Part shown: one piece after another, positions 31,183 to 41,138 of the stretch
How positions within the stretch are numbered: position 1 is the first letter of the stretch
Layout: the number at the start of each line of letters is the position of its first letter
Virus record (IMG/VR): IMGVR_UViG_2541047319_000002
Direction: 5' to 3' (one strand)
From: an uncultured virus (IMG/VR IMGVR_UViG_2541047319_000002)
Lineage: Duplodnaviria; Heunggongvirae; Uroviricota; Caudoviricetes
Length of the DNA stretch: 64,000 nucleotides
Program-made: the position numbers and the translations under genes
The notes under the pieces: generated by a model
The model's database searches: none
The model's input: the letters and a program-made list of their open reading frames with translations, nothing else
What the model was told of the DNA's origin: nothing

Positions 31183-32521
31183 GACTCCAATTTAACCCCT
31201 TCTTAAAGATATATGGCTTAATTAGTTTTACACTTGGTACTTTTTTGATTTCTTTTAAAGCTATGTATTTACCCTCATTTTGACTGCCTTTAACTGTATA
31301 AACATTTCCATTATATTTAATCAAGTCATTTGGCTGATACAATGATTTTTGCTTCCTTATTCTTCTTTGACCTTTAGATATTTTTTGACCTCTAAACACC
31401 CTAAGATTTTCAGAATTTAAATTTTTATTTCTAGTTCTTCTTCCACAATTAAGTTCACTTGCAGAAACCTTCTCACCAGTTCTATTATCTATATATTTAG
31501 CATCATAGAATTTTTCAAGACTTCTATTATTTAATCTTGACTGTTCAACTTTAAATATTTCTAAATTTCTAACTTGATTAACACCTTTAGCTATAGCAAA
31601 AGCATCATTAAAATGACTTTTTTCTATACCATGTTCAATTCTATGATTTTTAGTCAAATAACCATAAGTTGCTTTAATGTTAGTATATTTTTCTTTCAAC
31701 TGTTCCAATAAGTACCATCTTATCATTGACATAAATGTAGCATCTCTAAAACCTCTGACCTTTTTACCATTTTCACACCAATCATACAAAAATTTCCCCT
31801 TTTTATGATTAGGAGATGTATGACATTTATTACACAAAGTTATTAAATTACTAGGAGCATCAGAACCACCCTCACTCTTGTACTTAATATGATGAATTTC
31901 TAATATCTGTTCTTTACTCTTATTCTTACAATTAGGATTTTGACATTTATGTCCATCTCTATGAAGTACATATTCTCTAACATTCCAGAAACCCATTTGT
32001 TCTCCCTGTTGATATTCTACACCAGATATATCAGGATTCTTGATTTTTTGTATATCAAAATTAGCAACCTCTAATACTATATTTCTGATAGGCAATATAG
32101 TATTAAGATAATCTATAAATTTAACATGAGTATCCAATTTATGTTGTAAACTTGGTGCTAACCATCCTTGTCTTATTTTTCTATTGTTCCATCTAGGTTT
32201 TCTATATCTTAACCTTTGTCTCCTAATTCTTCTATACTGACTTTTTTCTAATAATCTATCTTTCATACCTTGAAGCAATTTTACTTCTCCAACTATTAAT
32301 TCTTTACTATCTGTTATAGCTGAAAATCCTATATTTAAATATCCACTATCTATCCCCAATGTTATAGTTTGAATATATTCAGTATCTGTCTTATATAATA
32401 ATTGTATAATAAATGGATTAACTCTTTTAACAGTAGCTTTCTTTTGTTTTAATAATTTTCTAGCCTTTGCATTAGTAGTAGGCATTAATGGTTTTCCTTC
32501 AAAATTAATTACATATACCAT
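31169..32521 (-). CDS. iscB: IscB RNA-guided endonuclease (PLMP, RuvC, bridge helix, HNH)
   Basis: GKPLMPT; RuvC-I LGIDSG; Arg-rich RRIRRQRLRYR; RuvC-II VLEVANFD; HNH EIHHI...SNLITLCNKCH; RuvC-III SHFNDA. Confidence 0.93.
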   Translation of the reverse strand: MVYVINFEGKPLMPTTNAKARKLLKQKKATVKRVNPFIIQLLYKTDTEYIQTITLGIDSGYLNIGFSAITDSKELIVGEVKLLQGMKDRLLEKSQYRRIRRQRLRYRKPRWNNRKIRQGWLAPSLQHKLDTHVKFIDYLNTILPIRNIVLEVANFDIQKIKNPDISGVEYQQGEQMGFWNVREYVLHRDGHKCQNPNCKNKSKEQILEIHHIKYKSEGGSDAPSNLITLCNKCHTSPNHKKGKFLYDWCENGKKVRGFRDATFMSMIRWYLLEQLKEKYTNIKATYGYLTKNHRIEHGIEKSHFNDAFAIAKGVNQVRNLEIFKVEQSRLNNRSLEKFYDAKYIDNRTGEKVSASELNCGRRTRNKNLNSENLRVFRGQKISKGQRRIRKQKSLYQPNDLIKYNGNVYTVKGSQNEGKYIALKEIKKVPSVKLIKPYIFKKGLNWSHGLC

Positions 32522-32529
32522 AGTATAAT

Positions 32530-32764
32530 CCTTTCAGATAATTTAACCTCACCTTACGGTGGTAAGCTCTCTTCGCCAATGTTATGAAAGGTTTTAAATA
32601 TACCACACTTCACCTGCCATCAGTGATGTTTAATGATATACCGTAGAGTTTAGGACTAGAGAAGTATCCTAAAGTACCTATATATTCTTACATAACGTAG
32701 TGTAAACTTAGGCTATTCAACTAGCTTTTACAAGCTACTACCCTTTAGGGTGGTGGCAGTTGAC
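32530..32764 (-). ncRNA. omega RNA (HEARO-like) scaffold of IscB; guide derived from flank at 32765 and above
   Basis: Begins GUCAACUGCC..., contains GUUGAAUAGCCUAAG, CUACGUU, CAUUGGCGAAG elements and multiple hairpins directly upstream of iscB. Confidence 0.82.
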
Positions 32765-33247
32765 TATGTCTCCAGTCCAAATATCATCATCATAATTATA
32801 TATTAAATATTTTGGAATATTGACTTTATTATTTGTAAAACTATCTTTTTTTAATTCTTACTTTTCTATTATCTTACCACAAGATTCCCTAAAATGTATA
32901 TTAGGATAATCTAATTTTCTTGTAACCTCTAATACTTCCTCGATGTATTCAAATTTAAATGTTAATTAAAACAATTATACCTCTCTCCTTATATCAATAT
33001 GTTATATACAAGTATATTTCACAATATACTTGTATATGTTTTTGCATCAATCAATGTATTAGAACATTGAGAAACAATTCTAAACCGCTTATCTAAGCAA
33101 ATCAACTAAACTACCTATCTAGGTTAAATTGCTCACTATATGTTAGAGCATCACCGCTTTTTAATTTTCCACTTATGATATACATCTACTAGTGGATAAC
33201 ATACAACCCTTAGAAAACTCTATAACTTAATAGACACTCGATATTAT

Positions 33248-33688
33248 CTATTTTACTGGTACGCCTAATTCATTCATTTTAGACTTAAAACACTTAGGTA
33301 CTCTCTCTTGTGCTTTAGAATTACTCTCTTCCATTATATTTGTTTGAGGTCTATATCCGCCAACACCCCAGACTTTCCCCTTTTCTAATCTTTCCATTGG
33401 AAATGCTGAATTACGTGTAAATGCATCCACCCAATTTCCATTATTTTGTATCTCTGAAGTGACAGAATTAGAAGAGAGTTCTGTAACATCTATAGCATCT
33501 AATAATTGTCCTGTTCTACCTCCCCAAACATTAGGATTCCATTCTCCAACTGGAGTATAACCAGAATAAACTTGTTTGTTTACTTCTTCTTTTACTATCT
33601 CTTTCATTTCTTTTCCAACTTCAGGCATAGATGCAGCAATCTTATTTTTTGTATAAGCAACCAATTCATCTAATGATTTAAATACCAT
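33248..33688 (-). CDS. Putative tail completion/neck protein (HK97 gp10-like)
   Basis: RTGQLLDAI motif; structural operon context. Confidence 0.5.
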   Translation of the reverse strand: MVFKSLDELVAYTKNKIAASMPEVGKEMKEIVKEEVNKQVYSGYTPVGEWNPNVWGGRTGQLLDAIDVTELSSNSVTSEIQNNGNWVDAFTRNSAFPMERLEKGKVWGVGGYRPQTNIMEESNSKAQERVPKCFKSKMNELGVPVK

Positions 33689-34138
33689 CTAATTCACTAC
33701 CTTTTCTTTAATATTATTCATTTTTTCAATTTCTTCAGTCTCTTTTAAAACTCTGTCCTGCAATATCTCATTCTTCATCTGACCTAACTTAACCTCAGTA
33801 TTCATTAATAAAGATGCAGTTAATTCATTTTCTATTTGACCTATATAATACATCACAGTTTCTAATTCACTAGATACTTCACTATTTATTAAATTTTCTA
33901 TTTCAATATTTAATTCTATATTAGTCAATTTATCAATCAACATTTTAAGAATCTCTTCTTGAGACAATGCTAAATCAGGATTCTCCATACCAACCCATAT
34001 TTTATTTAATATATCTTCCTTAGTTTTCTTATCAGGATTTCTAACTTCTATATATTCCTCTTTACCATTCTCATCTACAATTGGTATTATAGCCCTAACT
34101 TTATCTTGTATTAATTTATCTACTTGTATTTTATTCAT
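33689..34138 (-). CDS. Hypothetical protein (possible tail chaperone)
   Basis: ORF track; acidic helical; tail operon. Confidence 0.55.
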   Translation of the reverse strand: MNKIQVDKLIQDKVRAIIPIVDENGKEEYIEVRNPDKKTKEDILNKIWVGMENPDLALSQEEILKMLIDKLTNIELNIEIENLINSEVSSELETVMYYIGQIENELTASLLMNTEVKLGQMKNEILQDRVLKETEEIEKMNNIKEKVVN

Positions 34139-34151
34139 ATCTATCTCTCCC

Positions 34152-34937
34152 TTATTTTATTATTGGATATTTACACTTAATAGAAACTTTACAGTTTCCA
34201 GTAAACTTCAATATATTTACACCTCTTCTTAACCTAATCCACTTTCTATTAACAATATTGAATCTATTCTCACCATTACTATTTAAAACAGTGTAATACA
34301 AATTATCTATTGTTATTTTTTCATTTAATCCTAATCCACTTATAACTAAATTGTCTTCTTCATTATCGCTGATAGTGGAGTTTCTAATTGTTATATCTCC
34401 TTCTTTTAGACATTCAATATCAATTACTGGAGCATATTCTTCATCTACATTAGACACATTATTTAGTTTAATTTCCCTTGTATCCTTGACAGTTATAACT
34501 TTTTGAAAGCTTCTATAAGCATAATTTGTATATGGTTGAAACTCTATTTCTAATACACCTTTTTTATCTTTTGTATATCTTTTTATTATCTTTCTCGCTT
34601 TGAAATAGTATATTTCTTCTATATTGTCATAACTGATAAAAGGTTTAAATTCTCTCTGCCAAAACCAATTGCATATGTTTTCTAGCGTATAGTCATCCCA
34701 CTCATAAGCCTCCCCATGTTCGCTACATAAACAGAATTGTAATGTTATAGGTTCTATAGTAGTTTCATCTTCACTGTAACAAGGATTTTTATTAAAACTG
34801 CTATCAGATTTAATTGCTTCTTCATAAGGCAATCCATATTCATTCAGTATTTCATCATCACCTAATGTAACTAATTTGATGTTCATAGATTCACTTGAAA
34901 CATTATCAAATAAAAACTTATCATCTAAAAATACCAA
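34152..34937 (-). CDS. Distal tail protein (Dit)-like
   Basis: F.FDNVSSESMNI N-terminus and WIRLRRGVNILKFTG C-terminus; start set to TTG after GAAGGTGA because the longer track start lies in a terminator hairpin. Confidence 0.65.
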   Translation of the reverse strand: MVFLDDKFLFDNVSSESMNIKLVTLGDDEILNEYGLPYEEAIKSDSSFNKNPCYSEDETTIEPITLQFCLCSEHGEAYEWDDYTLENICNWFWQREFKPFISYDNIEEIYYFKARKIIKRYTKDKKGVLEIEFQPYTNYAYRSFQKVITVKDTREIKLNNVSNVDEEYAPVIDIECLKEGDITIRNSTISDNEEDNLVISGLGLNEKITIDNLYYTVLNSNGENRFNIVNRKWIRLRRGVNILKFTGNCKVSIKCKYPIIK

Positions 34938-35034
34938 TTTATCACCTTCTTTCATTTTTTTAAGTTCAAATCCGATTAAAACCACATTTAAACGTAAAAA
35001 ATAATCCCTACTCAATTAAGAGTAGGGTATTTTA

Positions 35035-35852
35035 CTATTTCTTAGGTTTAGTATCTTTTTCATCTTCTAATTCAACACCTAGCATTGAAGCCATTCTAGC
35101 AGGATTAAGATTTTCATCTCCTATAAATGTGAATGTAGCATACTCTTTATTTTCATCTGGTAAAACATCTAATGTCATATTAAATCCAGATGGATTCTCA
35201 GCAGTAAGATTTAACTCTATACTTCTTTGTGCTTTTGCATTTGGAACACTCATGTATAAAACCATATATTCACCATCCACAGTTTTAACCATTACCTCAG
35301 CTTCTACAACGTAATTTGGTGCAGTAGATTCTTCTTTTATTTTTACAACTTTTGCTTTTGGTATTTCTTCTAAATAGAATACTGCTACTTTATCTCCCGC
35401 ATTAAAATCGGCTGTAGATATTGTTATTTCTGTATTAGCTCCTGTAACTGATGAAGTGAATTGTAATTTTTTAATTATAGATATTCCATCACTTTCTATA
35501 CTATATACAGATATGCTATTTGCAACTGGCTTTATATTTTCTAAAGTAACTTTCTTAGTACTATCAGATGTTAATACTTTTCTTTTCCCAACCTTTGCAG
35601 TTTTCTCATCTATATCAGAAGATAATAACATCGCTAATTGTGCCATTTGTATTACTTCTTGTTCCATTGTTAAACTTGCTGTTATTGCTCCATCAAAAGC
35701 TATTGTATTTGCACCTTTAGCTTTTCATAAACTGATTCTGAATCCATCTTAAAATTAAAAGCATTTAAATCCTGTGAATAAAACAATACTTCTCCTGTTA
35801 CTTTATTTTTTACTATTACATTACCTGCATCTTTCACTGCAAATCTTTTCAT
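35035..35852 (-). CDS. Major tail tube protein, frameshifted near 35725
   Basis: ATG 35852 MKRFAVKDAGNV...SESVY; frame changes to KAKGANTIAFDGAITASLTMEQE, joining track ORF 35035-35667. Confidence 0.7.
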
Positions 35853-35896
35853 ATTATAAAATCATCCTCTCATTTTTTGCATAAAAAATAGCACTG

Positions 35897-36700
35897 CTAT
35901 TTAACAGTGCTAAGTGGTATTTTTATCTCTTTAGACCAATGCTTCATTTTATCCATATCTGTTTGATATTTAAATGACCATGCATAGCCTAAACTTTCAT
36001 TATAGTTTTTAAATTGTATCTTAGTCTTATAAACATTAATTAATTGCCAATAAGTCATTTTTAAAATCACATCTATTTCTATATATCCATTTATATTTTG
36101 AACTATATTTATATAATCACATAAATGGTATGCTTCTTTTTCTCTTTTCTTTCTTTCCTTTTCTTTAAAGTGTGCAATCAACTGTTTTTCTCTTTCAGAG
36201 CCAGTATTTTCAATCCACTTATCTTCATCATCTTTAAATAAATTCTTTTTATCAATACAAAACGTCTCTAAAATTAAATCTGATACTAGTCCAAAATCCT
36301 CTCTACTTATAAAAGCATTTTTCTTTTTATCATCAAATTTAATTAAAATACCAATTTTAATCTTATTCATATATTCAATATTTTTAATATCAGTTTTATA
36401 TAATATAGATAAAGATTTTTTTATCTTATCACTAAGTAACTCAATTTCTTCAGAAGAATCTCTTCTTGATGTTAACATCATCAAATCTAAGATAGGTATA
36501 GCATCATATTTACATTTCAATTCAAATGATTCCTCGTTACATAGCTGAGAATAGCTCTTTTCAAGTACTAAAAATGGATTAACTATCTCTAAATTAGCCA
36601 TATCAAATTTAATAAGTTCTTCAATAGTAGGTTGATATACAGTTCCTAATGTTTCACTTAGCTTAATTGGTAATCCTGTAATATAATAATTTTCCAACAT
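35897..36700 (-). CDS. Phage structural-operon protein
   Basis: ORF track; coupled to neighbours. Confidence 0.65.
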   Translation of the reverse strand: MLENYYITGLPIKLSETLGTVYQPTIEELIKFDMANLEIVNPFLVLEKSYSQLCNEESFELKCKYDAIPILDLMMLTSRRDSSEEIELLSDKIKKSLSILYKTDIKNIEYMNKIKIGILIKFDDKKKNAFISREDFGLVSDLILETFCIDKKNLFKDDEDKWIENTGSEREKQLIAHFKEKERKKREKEAYHLCDYINIVQNINGYIEIDVILKMTYWQLINVYKTKIQFKNYNESLGYAWSFKYQTDMDKMKHWSKEIKIPLSTVK

Positions 36701-37194
36701 TACATATCACCAAAACTTTCAGATGATACAACTATGCTAAATCCATTATAACTTGTATCTAAATTAAACATGGGGGAACAGCTCTCTAATTTTATTTTTC
36801 CTATACCTGCTATCTCCTCATTTTCAGTGATTGTGTCCACTATACAACATACTAATGCAGCATCTCTTAGTCCATTAAAAGTATCTTGGCATTCATCATG
36901 GCATACTACACCAATTTCAATATTAGTAGTTTTTATTATTCTACTTCTATCTTTATAAAGATTATATTTAAATAATGTTATGTAAACAGAAACATCTGCT
37001 TCTTTTAATACTTTTTCTACTCTTCTATTAAAAAACACTTTCTTGTTTCTAAGCTCTTTAACTGGATTTTTTATATCAGGCATGGATAAAATATCTTTTT
37101 GTGATTCATTATTATAAATCATAAATTTAGCGAAGTCTTGATTTGACATTAGAGTTGTTCCTATATTACTTATCATCTTGTTAGGGAAAGCCAT
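36700..37194 (-). CDS. Putative tail terminator
   Basis: Size and position in head-tail cluster. Confidence 0.5.
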   Translation of the reverse strand: MAFPNKMISNIGTTLMSNQDFAKFMIYNNESQKDILSMPDIKNPVKELRNKKVFFNRRVEKVLKEADVSVYITLFKYNLYKDRSRIIKTTNIEIGVVCHDECQDTFNGLRDAALVCCIVDTITENEEIAGIGKIKLESCSPMFNLDTSYNGFSIVVSSESFGDM

Positions 37195-37208
37195 ATAGAC
37201 CCATATAT

Positions 37209-38216
37209 CTACCCCCTTAGTGTTATTTTTTTAGTATCTATTATTTCATTTATATCTTTATCTTTAGCCAATAGCAATGCTTCTAAGCCAGAATACTTAG
37301 CCAATGTATTAGCCTGTATGACACATCTTTTCTCATCTTGATAAATTATATCACAATATCTGTATTGCTTGTCTAAGAGCCATTTAACTCCTTGAGAATG
37401 GTCTATTCTGTATTCATTTTCTTCACCTAGATTAATAAATCCATCCCCTATAATCTTACTGAAAGGAATAATTACACTATCATTTTCAGATAAATCATTC
37501 CAAGCTATATTATTTACTGTATCATCTTTTGAAATCAATGCATCTTGTAAACAAATAGCTTTAATAAGACCATCTGCTCCTGTTTCTCTGCCATTATACT
37601 CAAAGTCATTAATACTAGTAACTCTAAATACAGTTTTACCAGTTAACATTATTCTAGTGTCAATATCTATAGTTTTAGTGATAGGATTACTTCCAAAATA
37701 AAGTTGTCTTTTTGTATCTGAGATAGAAGTATATTTATTATCTGCCATACCATCAGAATATAAGGTTAAATTTTCAACAGCTATAGGGATTTTATACATC
37801 TGACCTTTATATTTATAATTAAAGAATTGATTGCATCTTTTTATTATGAAATGTTTATATGTATCCATTTCTTTATGTTCTTTAAATATAGTTAACCAGT
37901 AACAATTATCATAGAAAAGATAACAACCCACATCTACATCTAAATCAGATTCAACTAATAGATTTTTTTCATCTAAAGCTCTTTTATCATTATTAGTTAT
38001 ATCATTAATTGCAACTACAGCTCTTTTAGTATCATCTGTTATACAAATTTCATCTATATCAGTTATTTGTACTTCAATACAGGTTGGTGTTTCTTTTAGG
38101 TATTTCTTAAAACTTAATCTAAGTTGTAATATTCTTTTTTCTTTAGGAGTTGAACAACCAAGTCCAATTCTTTTTTTTATGTCACTTAAGTAACTCATGC
38201 TAGTTCCATCCTTCAA
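37209..38216 (-). CDS. Putative head closure/neck protein (start probably 38198)
   Basis: ORF track; position after adaptor. Confidence 0.5.
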   Translation of the reverse strand: MKDGTSMSYLSDIKKRIGLGCSTPKEKRILQLRLSFKKYLKETPTCIEVQITDIDEICITDDTKRAVVAINDITNNDKRALDEKNLLVESDLDVDVGCYLFYDNCYWLTIFKEHKEMDTYKHFIIKRCNQFFNYKYKGQMYKIPIAVENLTLYSDGMADNKYTSISDTKRQLYFGSNPITKTIDIDTRIMLTGKTVFRVTSINDFEYNGRETGADGLIKAICLQDALISKDDTVNNIAWNDLSENDSVIIPFSKIIGDGFINLGEENEYRIDHSQGVKWLLDKQYRYCDIIYQDEKRCVIQANTLAKYSGLEALLLAKDKDINEIIDTKKITLRG

Positions 38217-38841
38217 AATTTTTTAGCATGTATCTTTGTTGATATTTATTAAATCTAGTTCTCAATTGCTCTTCTCTTGCTTGAAGTTTAGCCAACATAT
38301 TAGCACCTGATTTAGCATTATAATCAGAATCAGTTAGCATCTGTTTTAAATTTTCTTCTCTATTTATCTTAGGTTGTAACCAATGTATTTGCATACCATA
38401 TGATAATATTTTAATTTCCTCTAAATCTAAATCAGATACTATTTCTCCTAAATATTTGTATTTGAAAATTATCTCTTCTGTAGTTTCTACAACAAAACTT
38501 ATTATAAATTTTTCATCTTCAAAGCTTATTGTATAATCTTTATCTAATTCGTATTCTTCTTTTGTATCTTTTCCCATCAAAGTTATCTCTGCATTTTTAT
38601 TACTATAATTAGATGTATAACTTAGTTGAGCAGCAGGAATAATTTCCTCGCCTTTTTCATCAACATATTTTATAGTCAAATCTTTTTTACATTGATTAAA
38701 ATCAACTATAGCATCTTCTAAATAACTGTACATCATTTTTTCTATTATTTCATTTGATAGTAATAACATCTCTTCATCATTAATAGCATCCAAAAACTTT
38801 TTATATATTTTTACAAGTGGAGTACCCAAATATTCCACCAC
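38200..38841 (-). CDS. Putative head-tail adaptor
   Basis: GTP...IY.KFL..I.D and ILSYGM...WL...I motifs; position after capsid genes. Confidence 0.55.
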   Translation of the reverse strand: MVEYLGTPLVKIYKKFLDAINDEEMLLLSNEIIEKMMYSYLEDAIVDFNQCKKDLTIKYVDEKGEEIIPAAQLSYTSNYSNKNAEITLMGKDTKEEYELDKDYTISFEDEKFIISFVVETTEEIIFKYKYLGEIVSDLDLEEIKILSYGMQIHWLQPKINREENLKQMLTDSDYNAKSGANMLAKLQAREEQLRTRFNKYQQRYMLKNFEGWN

Positions 38842-38843
38842 CT

Positions 38844-39476
38844 TTAACTAAACAAGTACAAATCTTCTATTCCAATTCTTTTAGCTAATAGTTTAGCCTT
38901 TAGCCCAGAATCAAATTTTTTCTTTTTATGTAAATCTATTGCCCTCTCAGCTAATCTTCTTGTTAACTCAACATTATTTTTATTTAATATTTTTTCAAAA
39001 GAATTTATATCAACTTTATCAGATAAGAAATATTCTAAATAGTCTTCATTAGGATTTCTTATATGTTCATATAAACTATTCAATCCTAGAAAATCTATTA
39101 TGTCCATTGGGGTACATTCAACATCTAAAGAATCTACATCCGAAATTATTAATCTATGTTCTTCAAAAAAACCTGGACTTCTTCTCACTATTCTATAAAG
39201 AGTATCTAAATCTATAAATTCAGTTGAATCTTTTGAACCTACTTTAGATAAAGAAAAAATTTGTTGTTTTTCTCTTGGGTCAATATAATCAACATCCCAT
39301 GTGGATATATTTTTTATTTCTATATCTATTTCCTGTTTTTTTTGTTTTAGCTTTCTTTGTAGTTCTAATCGGTTTAATCTAGCTTCTTTTTTATTTAAAG
39401 TAGACTTTATATCTTTTTCTAAAGTATTAGCTTTGACTTCTGTTTTAGAAATATTTTCTTTTTTAGCTCTTGCCAT
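38844..39476 (-). CDS. Hypothetical head-module protein
   Basis: ORF track with GGGAGG RBS. Confidence 0.65.
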   Translation of the reverse strand: MARAKKENISKTEVKANTLEKDIKSTLNKKEARLNRLELQRKLKQKKQEIDIEIKNISTWDVDYIDPREKQQIFSLSKVGSKDSTEFIDLDTLYRIVRRSPGFFEEHRLIISDVDSLDVECTPMDIIDFLGLNSLYEHIRNPNEDYLEYFLSDKVDINSFEKILNKNNVELTRRLAERAIDLHKKKKFDSGLKAKLLAKRIGIEDLYLFS

Positions 39477-39528
39477 AATAATCTCCCTCCCATAAAAAAA
39501 GAAGGTGGATAACCACCTTCTAATTCAA

Positions 39529-40551
39529 TTATTGTATTTTATAAACTCCAAATTTAGCAGCAGTTACAACTCCTAAATGTATTTTTTGAGCCATAAAATA
39601 TTCTATTTGTTGGTCATCTCTTTCTTTTTCATCAGTATTTTCTATGACCAATACATCTCCTTCAGTACCAAGTTTGATTATCTTCTCTCCATCAGGTATT
39701 ACATAGATAGCCTTATTATCTAAAGCCCACTCTTTACCTTCTGCTGCATTTTCATCATAAGCATTTGGTAAACTAAGTACTTTATATCCACCTCTAAATG
39801 TTTGTATAAAACCATATTTTCTTTTTTCTTCTTTTTCTAAATCAGTTTGAACACCTTCTAAATTACTTAATGCAAGTGGAGTACCATATATAATAGGCTT
39901 TTTACCAGTAGCCCCTTCTACCTTAGCTATCAATTCCAATAATACTTTGTCTGAATTACCTGTAGCTTGAAACTTAGCATTTATTGTTGAATATGCACCT
40001 TCAAATGTTTTTGCTATTCTTCTAGCAATATCATAATGATATGAATCTGATACCCTATTCACAAATACAACCCAATTTATTCTTCCTGTTATAAATCTCT
40101 CTGCTTCTTCATATATAGCAACAGATAATTTAAATGCTGTTGTAGGAACTTTTTTGTTAAGTAATCTTTGTCTTCTTGTACTATTAACACCATCTGCTAT
40201 ATTTGCAACTTTAAATAAATTAGTATTTTCAACAGTAAATTCTTTTTTATCTCCTAAATCAAAATTCTCAAAATCACAAAATGGACTAAATACTTCCTCA
40301 TTTAATCTATTAATATCATCAGATATTAATTCTGATATTAAATTATAAAATCCCCATTTATTTTCTTGGAATTTATAATAATTATATTTTTCTCCTCCCA
40401 TCATTTCTTTTAATTTATTCTTTATTGCACTTTCAGCATCTCTATATGTTATTGTGTTTCCATCTCTATCTGTATATTCTCTAAATGTATCTGTATATAG
40501 CTCATGAGCTATTCTCTTTAAAGTTTTTGCTGTTGCCATTAATTTACACAC
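39529..40551 (-). CDS. Major capsid protein (start probably 40539)
   Basis: ~340 aa after scaffold and decoration genes, followed by a terminator; SPbeta-like order. Confidence 0.75.
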   Translation of the reverse strand: MCKLMATAKTLKRIAHELYTDTFREYTDRDGNTITYRDAESAIKNKLKEMMGGEKYNYYKFQENKWGFYNLISELISDDINRLNEEVFSPFCDFENFDLGDKKEFTVENTNLFKVANIADGVNSTRRQRLLNKKVPTTAFKLSVAIYEEAERFITGRINWVVFVNRVSDSYHYDIARRIAKTFEGAYSTINAKFQATGNSDKVLLELIAKVEGATGKKPIIYGTPLALSNLEGVQTDLEKEEKRKYGFIQTFRGGYKVLSLPNAYDENAAEGKEWALDNKAIYVIPDGEKIIKLGTEGDVLVIENTDEKERDDQQIEYFMAQKIHLGVVTAAKFGVYKIQ

Positions 40552-40626
40552 TTCCTTTTCTATTTTTTTGCATAAAAAAATAACAGTTATAGACTGTTAT
40601 CTCCTGTTTGTTAATTTTATTTGATT

Positions 40627-41124
40627 TTATAAAACTTTTATTGTAACTGAATCTTGACCTTCATAGTTCCATAATTCTAATACTTCTGCTACTGGAGTTT
40701 TAGCATCTGCTGTAGGCAATTTTTCAAACTGAAACGAATCAGATTTTAATTGTAACTTGTCTTTTACTGCAATACTTTTATCTGCTATATGTAATAGAGA
40801 TATAGTTACCTCATCTCCTTTTTTTAGTCGTCTACATCTACATATCTGACCAGGAGAAACTTCGTAATCTCTTTCATCTAATCTTTCATCATACATAGTT
40901 GCTGGGTCATCAACTATACCCCAATCTAATGTGTCATTTGTAACTTTATATATTTTATGGGTATCCCTACCATACTCCGTGTCTTCAAGTTCTCCAATAT
41001 TTATTACAGCACCATTTTCTAAATTTATTGGATTGGTATCCTCTGATGGAACAACATATTTACCTGTTAAAACATCAGGATTTTTTACTTTATCTGTTTG
41101 TATTATTGCTTTATCTTTCTTCAT
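40627..41124 (-). CDS. Putative capsid decoration/minor head protein
   Basis: 165 aa beta-rich, between scaffold and capsid genes. Confidence 0.55.
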   Translation of the reverse strand: MKKDKAIIQTDKVKNPDVLTGKYVVPSEDTNPINLENGAVINIGELEDTEYGRDTHKIYKVTNDTLDWGIVDDPATMYDERLDERDYEVSPGQICRCRRLKKGDEVTISLLHIADKSIAVKDKLQLKSDSFQFEKLPTADAKTPVAEVLELWNYEGQDSVTIKVL

Positions 41125-41138
41125 GTAAATTCCTCCTA

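Larger units (their letters stand above)
30903..32764 (-). mobile_element. IS200/IS605-superfamily iscB element (omegaRNA-iscB-tnpA remnant)
   Basis: Subterminal hairpins GCCACCACCCTAAAGGGTAGTAGC and CCACTAACCTAAAGGTATAGTGG; removing it rejoins ...GGA GAC ATA|ATA AAA ATG... in frame. Confidence 0.8.

Noticed and set aside
31169..32521. Cas9 or TnpB call
   Set aside because: 450 aa with PLMP N-terminus, inserted HNH and upstream omega-RNA indicates IscB; no array or REC lobe
35715..35735. Programmed -1 frameshift in major tail gene
   Set aside because: No canonical slippery heptamer, and the unshifted product is only ~50 aa; an indel is more likely
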